This document shows positions 14,202 through 25,697 of a DNA stretch of 64,000 bases, one piece after another. The stretch spans positions 165,106,001 to 165,170,000 of the forward strand of contig OX597814.1 of the NCBI GenBank assembly GCA_951406725.2, written 5' to 3'. Both the position numbers and the translations under genes were made by a program. The notes under the pieces were generated by a model that ran no database searches, was not told the origin of the DNA, and saw only the letters and a program-made list of their open reading frames with translations. Within the stretch, counting starts at the first letter, position 1. Every line of letters starts with the position of its first letter. The DNA is from Octopus vulgaris. Its lineage: Eukaryota.

Positions 14202-14355
14202 TTAACTCTTTAGCATTTAAATCGGCCATATCAGGCCTAAATATTCTACGCTTTATGTTCAAACTGACCAAATTCTACCTATCACACCTACCATAAATTG
14301 TCATTCCAAAAGTATACTATCACATCATTGAAATCTGAAGCAGCGAGATAATGAA
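14202..14355 (+). mobile_element. Left part of a TTAA-type (piggyBac-like) MITE
   Basis: TTAA-CTCTTTAGCATT matches the inverted AATGCTAAAGGG-ATAA at 17012-17027 at 14 of 16 positions. Confidence 0.55.
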
Positions 14356-14435
14356 TTGAATTGAATTACGTAATTGAATTACGTCACGAAGAAAACCATT
14401 ACAAACTTTTCTATCATATTTCATCTGGATTAAAT

Positions 14436-15404
14436 ATGTCCTGTAGTTACACTATTGTGGCCGGAGGCAGTCGGCGCTCTTTTCTGCTTACTATGCTGTC
14501 GACGACGTTATTAGTTATGACGATTATAGTGATGACGTCTGCTCAAGACTTCGTTGAAATTACAAGCCTGGAACCCAAAGATGGTTTTAAAATTGGAGGT
14601 AGAATGAATACAACATGTAGTTATTCAATAACTAATTTGCTTACATTGTCGCTCAAGCGAAACAGCACTACAGTTGTGGATATACATTACCAAACAGAGG
14701 TAGGGAATTTTAAAATCCTAGCAGATACGGAGGGTTTTAAGTGTGATTTACCATCAAATGGAATAATTAAGTGCTGGAAAGATTCCCTCAGTTGTAAGGA
14801 TGAAGCTCAGTACACATGTACAACAAACTTTGTCACATCTACTCCAAAATTTCTAAAAGTGAAATCTTATATAAGGAGTTTGCGAGACCCCTTCCCACCT
14901 CCTGAGGAGAACCAGATATCTACCTTCAGATGTGATGCAGATGTTGCACGATCTGAAAATTTTGTCACCTTCAGATGGACTGTAAATCGTGGTAACGATA
15001 TAGATGGGGTAGAGACAGAAGAAAGAAGAGTACAAGTGCCAAGCAGGATCTCTTGTATTACTACAGTATACTCTGAATATAAGTACAATGTAACAATTAG
15101 AGACAGGAGCAATACGACCGTCACCTGTACAATATTTTCAGAAAGCCTTTCCAAAACATTCTCCATCCCAGGTCTCGTTCCAGTGACAAAGATACCTGTT
15201 GTTAATACTGGATTGGATGGTGAAGCAATTGTTGGTATTGTTCTTATTGTTATAGCCTTTATCATACTTGTTTTTCTTTTAATTTGGTTCTTTGTTATTC
15301 GCAAAAAAGCAGACAAACCAGACCCACCTGGCAACTGGTCCACAGCTAACTCGGAAGACAACGGGTCCATCACCGACTCGGAAGACAACTGGGACAGAAT
15401 ATGA
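14436..15404 (+). CDS. Intronless type I membrane protein with two Ig-like domains (322 aa from the first ATG); retrogene or young processed pseudogene
   Basis: Signal-peptide-like FLLTMLSTTLLVMTIIVMTSAQ; Ig1 TTCSY...DEAQYTC; Ig2 FRCDADV...FRWTV...VTCTI; several NxS/T sites; TM AIVGIVLIVIAFIILVFLLIWFFVI followed by an RKK stop-transfer. The frame is uninterrupted. Confidence 0.8.
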   Translation: MSCSYTIVAGGSRRSFLLTMLSTTLLVMTIIVMTSAQDFVEITSLEPKDGFKIGGRMNTTCSYSITNLLTLSLKRNSTTVVDIHYQTEVGNFKILADTEGFKCDLPSNGIIKCWKDSLSCKDEAQYTCTTNFVTSTPKFLKVKSYIRSLRDPFPPPEENQISTFRCDADVARSENFVTFRWTVNRGNDIDGVETEERRVQVPSRISCITTVYSEYKYNVTIRDRSNTTVTCTIFSESLSKTFSIPGLVPVTKIPVVNTGLDGEAIVGIVLIVIAFIILVFLLIWFFVIRKKADKPDPPGNWSTANSEDNGSITDSEDNWDRI

Positions 15405-15552
15405 TGTTCGAGAAAATGCTATTTATGCAAAAACTGACAAAATGAAAACAAAACAAACAGGTCGGGCCAATGCCAACCCACGAGACAATCAAAACATGAG
15501 TGTCTACACCGTGGAAGGTAAAGCAAACCCAGTAATGAATGTAGAAGATTAA
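15331..15552 (+). pseudogene. Probable ancestral cytoplasmic tail of the Ig protein in the +1 frame
   Basis: Open frame ATGPQLTRKTTGPSPTRKTTGTEYDVRENAIYAKTDK...SVYTVEGKANPVMNVED*. Differences between the 27-bp repeat units are partly synonymous only in this frame. Confidence 0.6.
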
Positions 15553-16959
15553 GACGATGGTGGTTCCTACAGTCAGCGATATGCACCAGGTTCTGCTGTG
15601 TGAAATAGTTACTGACATTAAGAAAATATGTGTAAATCTTTTATATACGTGTATACACACACACACACATACACACACACATTCATACACACACATATAT
15701 ATGTATTTTAATAACCATTGTTTTTTATACAAAGAAGTGAATCATTTATGCTATTTTTTCATTTGTAAAAGAAAAGATTTAATTCTGTGAAATCACGCGC
15801 GCGCGCGCGCACACACACACACAGACGCGCGTATGTACATATACATATGTATACATATACACAAAAACATATGTACAGATATGCATACATACACAGGAAT
15901 GGTCAAATTTTGCCTTTCATCTTTTGAGGATTTTTAAGATACTAGTATTTAACTAGTTTACTTGTAAATACTAAATCTGCTATAAATTGTTTAATCTCCT
16001 TCCCCTCTAAAAAATACTGTCAGGCCTTTTCTAATGTAAGAATATATTTTTATTAGTATAATTATTATTAATAACAATAATAATAATAATGATAATGATG
16101 ATTCTTTCAAATCTTGGACAAAGGCATGAGTGGGTATGTCAGTTACATTGACTCCAGTACATGGCTGTTACTTGAAGATTCTATAATAATAATATTATTT
16201 TCAAAGTGGTAGATTGGTAGAACTCTATTGACCAAAATGAATGACAATATTTACTTATGGTCCTTTATGCTCTAAGTTCAATTCCTACCAAGTTCACCTT
16301 TGCCTTTCGTTCTATTTCGAGTCAGTAAAATAGAATAACAGTCAAGTATTTAAGTCGATTTAATTGATCAACCTCTTCTCGAAAATTTCTGACCTTGTAC
16401 CTGTATTGGAAACAATTATCATTATTATTATCCAAATGTTAAAATCAATGTTCTCAGTTCAAATTCTACCTGGAATTATTTCACTTTTCACTTCTATGAG
16501 TTAAGTAAAATAACTACTAGTGATGCACTTGGTCTCAGTTAAAATATGACACTGCCTTCTCCTAAAGATTTGAGACCCTGTACCAATGAAAGAAATCATT
16601 TTCATGTTTGTTGTTCTTTGAGCAGTGGATAGCAGAATCATTAGAATTAAGGACAAAATGCCTTGTGATATCTACTGAAGTCCTTTTATCTCTTAGTTCT
16701 CTGGGGTTCAAAACACGATGTCCAATTTGCTATACCATTGGTTGCCAACCTTTTCACTTCTAGGACCCTTTAAACAAATTAAAAGATGTCAAGCTGCGTA
16801 ATCATTTACAGGTCAGGCACAATGCCAAGCGTTTCTAGTTTCACAGTTGAAATTCTGCTGAGGTTGACTTTGCCTTTCATAGTTTTGCAGTTGATAAAAT
16901 AAGTACCTGTCAATGTAATCTACTTACCCACTCCACCTAAATTTGCTGGCCTTGTGCCA

Positions 16960-17027
16960 GAATTCAAAACCAATTTGATTGAATAGGCATTATGCTTTAC
17001 AGAATAGTGTGAATGCTAAAGGGATAA
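16960..17027 (+). mobile_element. Right part of the TTAA-type MITE begun at 14202
   Basis: Ends GAATGCTAAAGGG-ATAA, the inverted partner of 14202-14217. Confidence 0.5.
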
Positions 17028-17084
17028 AACAAGGACAAGAGAAATAGTCATGAATTACTAGTCATGTTTACTGCTTTTAAGATA

Positions 17085-17430
17085 ATGTCAATGGCTCAGT
17101 GGTTAGAGTGTCGGGCTCATAATCATGAGGTAGTGAGTTCGATTCCAGGACCGGGCTGTATGTTGTGTTCTTGAGCAAGACATTTTATTTCACATTGCTT
17201 CAGTTCACTCAGCTGTAGAAATGAGTTGTGGCGTCACTAGTGCCAAGCTGTTTCGGCCTTTGTCTTTCCCTTAGATAACATCAGTGACGTGGAGAGGGGA
17301 GGCTGTTATGCTTGGGAAACTGCTGGTCTTCCATAAACAACCTTGCGCAGACTTGTGCCCCGCAGGGTATCTTTCTAGGTGCAATCCCATGATCATTCAT
17401 GACCAATGAAGGTCTTTACCTTTGCCTTTA
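17085..17430 (+). mobile_element. tRNA-derived SINE family D
   Basis: TGGCTCAGTGG A box, GAGTTCGATTCC B box, TTGAGCAAGACA..TTTCAC body and GTGCAATCCCATG tail; related to the copy at 24146. Confidence 0.8.
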
Positions 17431-17622
17431 CCCGATAAAAAGTAGAGAAAACGAGAGACGGAGAGAAGAAAAAGAGATAATAATGATTACATGAAAGATA
17501 AATATATTAATTTAATTCAAATAATAACTTGATAAATCATCTTTGATTCAAGTAATAGACGTTAAAAGTTAAAATAGTATGTCTACGACTTCTTGATTCA
17601 CGAATCAACAGTTCCAGTTGAC

Positions 17623-18041
17623 ACTCTTTACTCTTTTCTTTTTACTCTTTTACTTGTTTCAGTCATTTGACTGTGGCCATGCTGGAGTACCGCCTTTAAT
17701 CGAGCAAATCGACCCCGGGACTTATTCTTTTGTAAGCCCAGTACTTATTCTATCGGTCTCTTTTGCCGAACCGCTAAGTGACGGGGACGTAAACACACCA
17801 GCATCGGTTCTCAAGCAATGCTAGGAGGACAAACACAGACAGACAAACACACACACGCATATATATATACAAATATACGACGGGCTTCTTTCAGTTTCCG
17901 TCTACCAGATCCACTCACAAGGATTTGGTTGGCCCGAGGCTATAGTAGAAGACACTTGCCCAAGGTGCCACGCAGTGGGACTGAACCTGGAACCATGTGG
18001 TTGGTAAACAAGCTACTTACCACACAGCCACTCCTGCGCCT
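17623..18041 (-). mobile_element. SINE family A, full length
   Basis: AGGCGCAGGAGTGGCTGTGTGGTAAG head, internal TA/TG microsatellite, (AAAAGAGT)n tail. Confidence 0.92.
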
Positions 18042-18742
18042 GACAGTGTAAAATAAATTAATATAGGTTTACAGGTTTATCCTTTTCCTGCATCGATATT
18101 GTTATCAACACATTGGTTTACTATGATATCCTCCTTAAAATAATTATCTTCCCACGTGTATGCACACGTGTTGTGGCTCTAGACTCACACGCCTAACTTA
18201 TACCACGAGAAAGTTAACGTGTTCGCTTAATGAATCAACATGATCAGATGCATCAACACACGCGCACAAATACGTAGACACAGAAAGAGACAAATAAGCA
18301 TACATAAAAAGTCAATAGGTGAAACAAATAAAACTTATGCACCCAAGTGAAGAGTGAACTGTGAAGTAATCTGAAGCAGGACTTTATTCATATTCATATG
18401 CTGAGCTATATATAAACACAATGAAAGACCTGCAAACACAATGCAATTGTATTTAATTACTCGTAATGTGCAACTTCAACATCACGCTCACGGACCTGTT
18501 CACAGAGATTCGCATATAAACACACATATCAATTAACTTGCATGACCTGTTAAATGATTTAAAGATAGTGCTTTGTTCTGTTTAGAAATTATTAGCTATT
18601 TATTTTTTTACATGTTTCTTGAGCAGTATTTGCGAATACAATTGAGAAAAATAGAATTTTAGTAAGAAAAACGCTTCATAATCCCTTATATGCGTTATTT
18701 GTTTTTATTTTAATTCTTTGAAAAATAATTTCATGTTTTACT

Positions 18743-19342
18743 TATCGTCTTTTCCGGCGTATAAGTCGGCGTAGTATATTGAGTATAAACATTCAAACAT
18801 CGTCACTGTCTTTCCAAATCCTGCTGCACTTCACATAGAACTTTTGGTCCTCGAAAGTTGTCTTGATGTATAAGACGATTAACCTTTTGGGGCTCTTTTA
18901 CTCTTTTACTCTTTTACTTGTTTTAGACATTTGACTGCGGCCATGCTGGAGCACCGCCTTTAGTCAAGGGAATCGATCCCAGAACTTATTCTTTGTAAAC
19001 CTAGTACTTATTCTATCGGTCTCTTTTGCCGAACCGCTAAGTTATGGGGGACATAAACACACCAACATCGGTTGTCAAGCGATGTTGGGGGACAAACACA
19101 GACACACAAACATATACACACACATACATATATATATACATATATACGACGGGCTTCTTTCAGTTTCTGTCATCCACTCACGAGGCTTTGGTCGGCCCGA
19201 GGCTATAGTAGAAGATACTTACCCACTGCGTGACACTAAACCCGGAGCCTTGTGGTTCGTAGGCAAGCTACGTACCCCACAGCCACTCCTGCGCCTAAAT
19301 TTTTCGTTGAAAAAATTCGACTTGTATGCCGAAAAATCGCTA
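18743..19342. mobile_element. pogo/Tigger-like MITE interrupted by a SINE
   Basis: Degenerate inverted termini TTTTCCGGCGTATAAGTCG (about 18750) and CGACTTGTATGCCGAAAAA (19318), with a family A SINE nested between. Confidence 0.55.
18893..19296 (-). mobile_element. SINE family A, full length
   Basis: Same head, body and tail as the copy at 17623. Confidence 0.9.
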
Positions 19343-19848
19343 AAATATGTGGCTAATCATTGATCTGTGAACATCATTCATATTTCAGCTAGATGACATT
19401 GAATAAGATTTTTTTAGAAGTTGAAAAATTTCCTATTTAAGTTTTACATTTTATTTTCTTATCTTAAAAAAGGATTGCCAAAATTATTATTCCTATAACT
19501 TCATTATATTCATTATTTGAAATTATTACTGTGCCAGAGTATTATTATTGTTGCTATCATTCATTAACTGAATACTTTACATTATTTTACTTCCCCATGA
19601 AACCTCTCATCGTTCTATCTTCAACAATAGCACTACTGTGGATAACAGAAGCAATTATAAAAGATCTGATACAACCAAACTTTCCAAAATGTAAAAAAAA
19701 AAATTAATTGCAACCCAAAATATCCTTAATGACAAAGAACCTGTCTATTTATATATCCCATATTTTTTATTTCGCTTTCAATCAATATATACATACACAT
19801 ACACATTTATCTATTTGTTCCTCTCTCTCTCTTTCTCTTTCTCTCTTT

Positions 19849-19880
<32 letters not shown>

Positions 19881-19946
19881 CATATATATATATACATATA
19901 TACACATACATACATGCATACATACATACATACACATAGACACATG

Positions 19947-19985
<39 letters not shown>

Positions 19986-20024
19986 GTATGTATGTATGTA
20001 CATGTATATATGTTTGTATGAATC

Positions 20025-20385
20025 TTTTATCCTTTATTTGTTTCAGTCATTTGAATATGGCCATACTGTGGCACTGCCTTGAAGGCTTTTAGTCGAACAA
20101 TCGACCCCGTGACTTTTTTAAGCCTAGCAGTTATTCTATCGCTATCTTTTGCCGAACCGCTAGGTTATGGAACGTAAACACACCAGCACCGGTTGTTCAG
20201 GCGGTGTTGGAGGGCAAACACAAACACAAAGACACACTCACACACACACACACACGGATATAGGGCTTTGTTCAGTTTCCTTTTATCAAATCCACTCACA
20301 CAATTATAGCCTCTCTCTGAGGTTATAGTAGAAGACACTTGCCTAAGGTGCCGCTCGATGGAACTGAACCCGGAACTATGTGGTT
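20025..20385 (-). mobile_element. SINE family A, diverged
   Basis: Recognisable tail and body; head eroded. Confidence 0.8.
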
Positions 20386-20498
20386 GCGTCTGTATGCGTA
20401 TGTGTGTGTGTTGTATATACATACATATATACATACATATATGCATATATATATATATGCATATATGTATGTATATACAAAACACACACACACACACA

Positions 20499-20532
<34 letters not shown>

Positions 20533-20639
20533 CATACACATATATGTTTCTACTGTCCTTATTCACCTAACCATACACGTTCGCACATGCGTGCAAACAC
20601 ACACATACATACACAAATGTATGCATACATATATTTCCT

Positions 20640-20945
20640 GTTTCAATCAAAATGTATTTGACGACTGGAGACTGTAACTTGCGATTTATGGTCAAGATTA
20701 CTCGCAACCTAATCGAATCGTGATTACGAAGCGAATTTCTTAAGCAGTCGGTTACAGTGCACTTATACAGATGAAGACTATACAGAAGGCCATTGGATGG
20801 ATTGTATTCGTAGTTCAAAGGTCCTTGTCACACACTCTGTGGAATATTCAGCCATTTATCCTCTAATTTAATGAGTAGGGAATACAGTTGATGGAACACC
20901 TGAATCTTTATCATCGAAACTGACGAAGATACATCATAAATAAGT
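20640..20945 (+). mobile_element. Penelope-like 3' relic
   Basis: CNLRFMVKI...RSEFL resembles the Penelope endonuclease C-terminal CNLCLxEK...NKRSE motif, followed by a decayed CAGATGAAG core. Confidence 0.4.
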
Positions 20946-20990
20946 GAGTATATTTATAAATGTAGATATGTATATGTATGTATTATATAT

Positions 20991-21402
20991 ACTCTTTACA
21001 CTTTTACTCTTTTACTTGTTTCAGTCATTTGTCTGCGGCCATGCTGGAGTACCGCCTTTAATCGAGCAACTCGACCCCGGGAGTTATTCTTTTGTAAGCC
21101 CAGTACTTATTCTATCGGTCTCTTTAGCCTAACCGCTAAGTAACGGGGACATAAACACACCAGCATCGGTTCTCAAGCAATGCTAGGAGGACAAACACAG
21201 ACACATAAACACACACAGGCATATATATATACATATATACGACGGGCTTCTTTCAGTTTCCGTCTACCAAATCCACTCACAAGGCTTTGGTCGACCCGAG
21301 GCTATAGTAGAAAACACTTGCCCAAGGTGCCATACAGTGGGACTGAACCTGGAACCATGTGGTTGGTAAACATGCTACATACCACACAGCCACTCCTGCG
21401 TC
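20991..21402 (-). mobile_element. SINE family A, full length
   Basis: Shares diagnostic variants (GGAGTACCGCC, TTCTCAAGCAATGCTAGGAGG) with the copy at 17623. Confidence 0.92.
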
Positions 21403-22095
21403 TATATGTTTAAAACATCAAGAATAGTTCTTTCTATTCTAGAATAAAAGGCCTATAACAACTCTAGAACAATAGTAACATCAACAATAGTAATAATCCG
21501 TTTTGCGTTACACGCAAAATCTGAAATTTTGAAGTAGGTGTTAAGTCGATTACATCGAACCCAATATTCAAATGGTTCTTATTTTATCGAGCCCGAAAAG
21601 ATGAAAGGCAAAATCGACCTCGGTATTTCGTCAGTCTTTGCGTTCTGAGTTCCAATATGGCTCAAGACGAATTTGCCTTTCGTCTTTTCCAGTTCGATAG
21701 AATAAGTACTAGTTGAACACGGTGGTCGATGTAATCGACTTACCCGCTTCCCTGTACTTACTGATCTTGTGCCAACTTTAAAACCAATACTTACACTGTG
21801 TAACACGATTATTTTCCTTAGGTAGTAACTGTTATTTCGTATTTGCCTACCCATAGAAAGTATGAAAAATGGTTAGTATTTCTTTCTAATTTTGCATTTG
21901 TTACATTTATTCAAACCATAAAAAAATCCCTCTCAACACATAGTTATGGTGCTTCCATACTACTTCTGGTCGTAATCAGAGATGCACATACTGGCAACCA
22001 CTAAGGGGCGTGCTTAAGTGCTTAATGTCAGGCAACTAACAAGCAAATCTGTGGTATTGAACAGAATATATGCTATAACGATATTTCTTAAACTA

Positions 22096-22311
22096 AGGCG
22101 GCGAACTGGCAGAAACGTTAGCGCGCCGGGCGAAATGCTTAGCGGAATTTCGTCTGTCTTTACGTTCTGAGTTCAAATTTGCCTTTCATCCTTTCGGGGT
22201 CGATTAAATAAGTACCAGTTACGCACTGGGGTCGATGTAATCGACTTAATCCGTTTGTCCGTCCTTGTTTGTCCCCTCGGTATTTAGCCCCTTGTGGGTA
22301 GTAAAGAAATA
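22096..22311 (+). mobile_element. SINE family B, full length with ~16-bp TSD
   Basis: AGGCGGCGAACTGGCAGAAACG head, GAGTTCAAAT B box, GCCTTTCATCCTTTCGGGGTCGAT domain. Flanks GATATTTCTTAAACTA and GATATTTCTTCAACTA. Confidence 0.9.
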
Positions 22312-22519
22312 GATATTTCTTCAACTACTAAACGCTGAACCAGCCTGAAATACGATCGAAAATAGATCAGTTTCAAAACATTGATGTCCAGGTTACAAAA
22401 GCAAAGTTTATAAGGAAAAGTAGTCATTTTTTTAAATTTCTAGATAGAAGCAAATAGGAAAGAACACTTACTAACCAACGACAAAAAGAAAAAAAATGTT
22501 ACACAGTTTTACAGATATT

Positions 22520-23100
22520 ACTTTTATTGTTACACGAAGAACAAAGATAGTTCTCACCATTCGATGTTCTATGAAACAATAGTGTTTTTCTAAAATATTC
22601 ACATCGTTTTAGAAATATTGACTTCGTGCGTGGCTCGAAACGTGGCAACTGAAGTCTTTCATAAGTGTGTTCTCATGCTTTATCGTTATTGCATTAAAAA
22701 GTTGGCACGCTTCCATTATACAAAAAGCACGAATTAATTTTGCACGTTTCGCAAGCAAAACTATTTTATAAACGGAATACTAGATCGGATCAGGTTCAAA
22801 ACTTTTGAAGCTGATGTTTTGCATCATCAGTTGTTCAAAGAATGTTGGATCATCGACTGCCGGACATGCCTAAGTACAGAGAGCTGCAATACGGAAAGCC
22901 TCCAGTAGAAGCTCCTAAGAGGTGTTGCAACAATCAAGTTAAAGAGAACATTTAAAGCTTTTAATATTAGTGGAGAAAATACCATGTTAGGTACTTCAAT
23001 TGGAAGTAATCGCAAAGAGCGAAACCAAGAGCTGTAGAGCCGACGGAAGCAAGAAGACTAACAACGTGAAATATTAAGCTCTACTGGCTTCCAATTCACG
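22520..23100 (+). mobile_element. Old element with an RTE-like 3' coding remnant (copy 1)
   Basis: RMLDHRLPDMPKYRELQYGKPPVEAPKR aligns by eye with RMQDGRMPKDILYSELTTGSRPKGRPQL of the RTE at 34984. Inverted homologue at 28320. Confidence 0.6.
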
Positions 23101-23386
23101 ATTTTTGCGTTATTGTAGGTCATAAATACACAACATAAATATACAACTATCTTTCATCCTGAAATTCAACTGAGTTAAATTCTCGATTCTCTACTATATC
23201 ACAGACAATATATACGATATTTTTTTACAATATACGTTTACATAAGTATCAGGTCATCCCATAAGTAATGTTCAGACGCTTATATTTTCAATTTGTAAAC
23301 GCTTTAAAAGTATTTTAGAATGTCTAACGGCATCAAGTATTATGTATATGTATTTTGACATAGTTAAACTAATTAAATTTTATTTT

Positions 23387-23950
23387 TCAGGATAATCTAA
23401 TGTGGCACCCAAGCTTTTCGAAGTTTTGCAACATGGTATCAAATGTGACTTTGAAATTTGAACACTTATTTTTTCCCAAAAAGTTCTTGGCAACACATTT
23501 GAATCTCACCCATGTCTGTTTTCGAGATTCATTTATGGATTTCTCATAATATGAACCAACAAATATTCCTGCTTTAATTTTCTCACTGGTTATATTTAGG
23601 AATATTTTTGAGAGATACTGCAAATATGGTCCATCTTCAGGCAAAGATTTAACGAACTGTTTCATCAGACCCAATTTGTTGTTCAGAAGTGCTAGCAGTA
23701 TTTTTGAAGGTTCAATCAAGAGCTTATGCAGAATGTTTTTGGATCCACTCATATAAGAATCACGGCAATTTTGTGTAGCCTACCCGCTGGCCTAAAAAGC
23801 ATGCCTATAATTTTGAAATATCCACACACTTGCCTGTAGTAGTCTGTACACTTTATATTTAACAAAAGTTATTATATTTCTACATCTTCTCCTTTAGTTG
23901 TATAGAATGTACCACTGGAATGGATGAATACTTACTTCCATTGAGTAGCC
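23387..23950 (-). mobile_element. Degraded DNA transposase, Chapaev3/CMC-like
   Basis: KILLALLNNKLGLMKQFVKSL...EKIKAGIFVG...WVRFKCVAKNFLG...LQNFEKLGC corresponds to the LHIKLGLMKQFVKAL / KIKAGIFVG / NFLG motif series. Superfamily assigned from memory. Confidence 0.6.
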
Positions 23951-24145
23951 AGACATACACTCCACCCCAACCCTAGCACTATTAGAATTAACCAAGGTAG
24001 AAATCCTATGAAAGCCGAAATGTAGTTGAGGTGAATGTTGATACTAATTTTACCACAACTAATACCAATATTAGTAACACTAATGCGACCACTATCACCA
24101 CTACTACTACTAATAATATTAATAATATTAATACCATTATGACTT

Positions 24146-24482
24146 GGAGACCACCTTCGGTCACGAATGACCATGGGATTGCACCTAGAAAGTTACCCTC
24201 CGAGGCACAAGTCCGCGCAAGGTTGTTTATGGAAGACCAGCAGTTGCTCATGCATACCGGCCTCCCCTCTCCACGCCACCAGGGTTATCCAAGGGAAAGG
24301 AAAAGGTCGATAGAGCTTAGCACCAGTGACATCGCAACTCATTTCTACAACTGAGTGAATTGGAGCAACGTGAAATAAAGTGTCTTGCTCAAGAGCACAG
24401 TATGCAGCCCGGTCCGGGATTCGAACTCACAACCTCACAGTCGTAAGTTCGATGCTCTAACCACTGGACCATGTGCCTTCAC
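24146..24482 (-). mobile_element. tRNA-derived SINE family D
   Basis: GTGAAGGCACATGGTCCAGTGG head, GAGTTCGAATCCC B box, tail GTGCAATCCCATGGTCATTCGTGACCGAAGG. Confidence 0.85.
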
Positions 24483-24533
24483 TTTATAACTACTGTTAAT
24501 AACAATAATAGTTATAATAATAATAACAATAAC

Positions 24534-24588
<55 letters not shown>

Positions 24589-24589
24589 T

Positions 24590-25000
24590 GAGCCAATCCC
24601 CTAGTAACACCCTTAATTTTAATTTCTCCATAAACAGTACTGCATCTTCTCTTTCCACTAATAACACTCGTAGGACAGATAGCTGCAACTATCTATCCAC
24701 GACCGAATGCCCGTTACAAGCCCACCGAAGAAGGGTTAACGTAGTATAGAAATGCGCGGTCCACAACATATTGCATAATTCTATTAACTACTATATCGGG
24801 CCTACTATCAATTTTAAGCAGAGTTATGCGGCGATTCCCTGTCTTAAATATTCATACCTCGTCTCTGATGACGGAATGCCCAGTGCGTGAACATACTAAC
24901 CTACCGCTTGGGTTATCCCAGAAATGGCACCTTACCCTAATAAAATTTTCATCAATAACTGGAGATACACGTTCTGCCTAGGTTTTGATTTTTCCTCTAA
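24590..25000 (+). mobile_element. Penelope-like relic: GIY-YIG endonuclease fragment plus hammerhead-bearing terminal repeat
   Basis: SCNY...ECPLQ...VVxKCAV...YYIGPTINFKQ, followed by CTGATGA (24865), a long stem II and GAAA (24921). Confidence 0.65.
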
Positions 25001-25190
25001 TATAATATATACCTGCTATAGCGGAACCCTAATACCGATCCATAGATCCAGCCTTAGCTATGATCCTGGAAACTAACAGTCGATCAACTATAGCATCTAT
25101 AGCACTTACTCAGAGCACCTATTCACTTAAATCACAAATGAATTAAGCCCTCATACTCCCACTCCCCCCCTCTCTCTCTCTTTATATATA

Positions 25191-25697
25191 TCTATATATA
25201 TAAAACTGTAGTTGTGTGAGTGTCTGTCCCCTTCGATTTAGATTCCTAACTACTCCCAGATTTTGCGGTGCAGTTTAACCAAATTCGGGTAGCTTATAGT
25301 CGTGATTCATATCGAGCCCGTCTGAGTATTAGCGCGCGTCTACGATGAGGCTACGATTTTAAAAATAATTTAACATCATTTTTTATTCCATTTTAATGCA
25401 TAATTTTTCGTGTGTCGATGGCGGCGGAGTTGGCGTCCATGGTCACACCTGCACCTGTTTGCTTCTCCCCCTTCTTCCCTCCCTCGTGAAGCTGTGGGGA
25501 AGGGAGTGTAAGGAAATCAACGTCGTAAAGCGTTGTCAAGGAGACCAGCGTTCTTTTAGAACAACGACTTCATGGCTTGAAGACACCAAAACAAAAATGG
25601 CTAAGAAAGCCCGAATTTATAAGGGAAGTAACTCTCTAAAAATGCTTATATAGTTATTTCCCTTACAAACCCGAGCAACGCCGGGCGATACTGCTAG
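25191..25697 (+). mobile_element. Non-autonomous Helitron (unit 1 of a tandem pair)
   Basis: A|TC 5' end, subterminal hairpin CCCGAGCAACGCCGGG (25670-25685), CTAG 3' end, no TSD. Confidence 0.88.

Noticed and set aside
14361-14435. TTG-initiated N-terminal extension of the Ig ORF
   Set aside because: Eukaryotic context; the first ATG at 14436 precedes the signal-like segment and the upstream sequence borders MITE DNA.
15395-15520. ITIM/ITSM motifs in the alternative tail
   Set aside because: The residues at Y+3 (R, T, E) do not fit the YxxI/V/L consensus, so only tyrosine-bearing is claimed.
17818-18051. Recurring [45 protein letters not shown] in many places
   Set aside because: It is the antisense translation of SINE family A, not a protein family.
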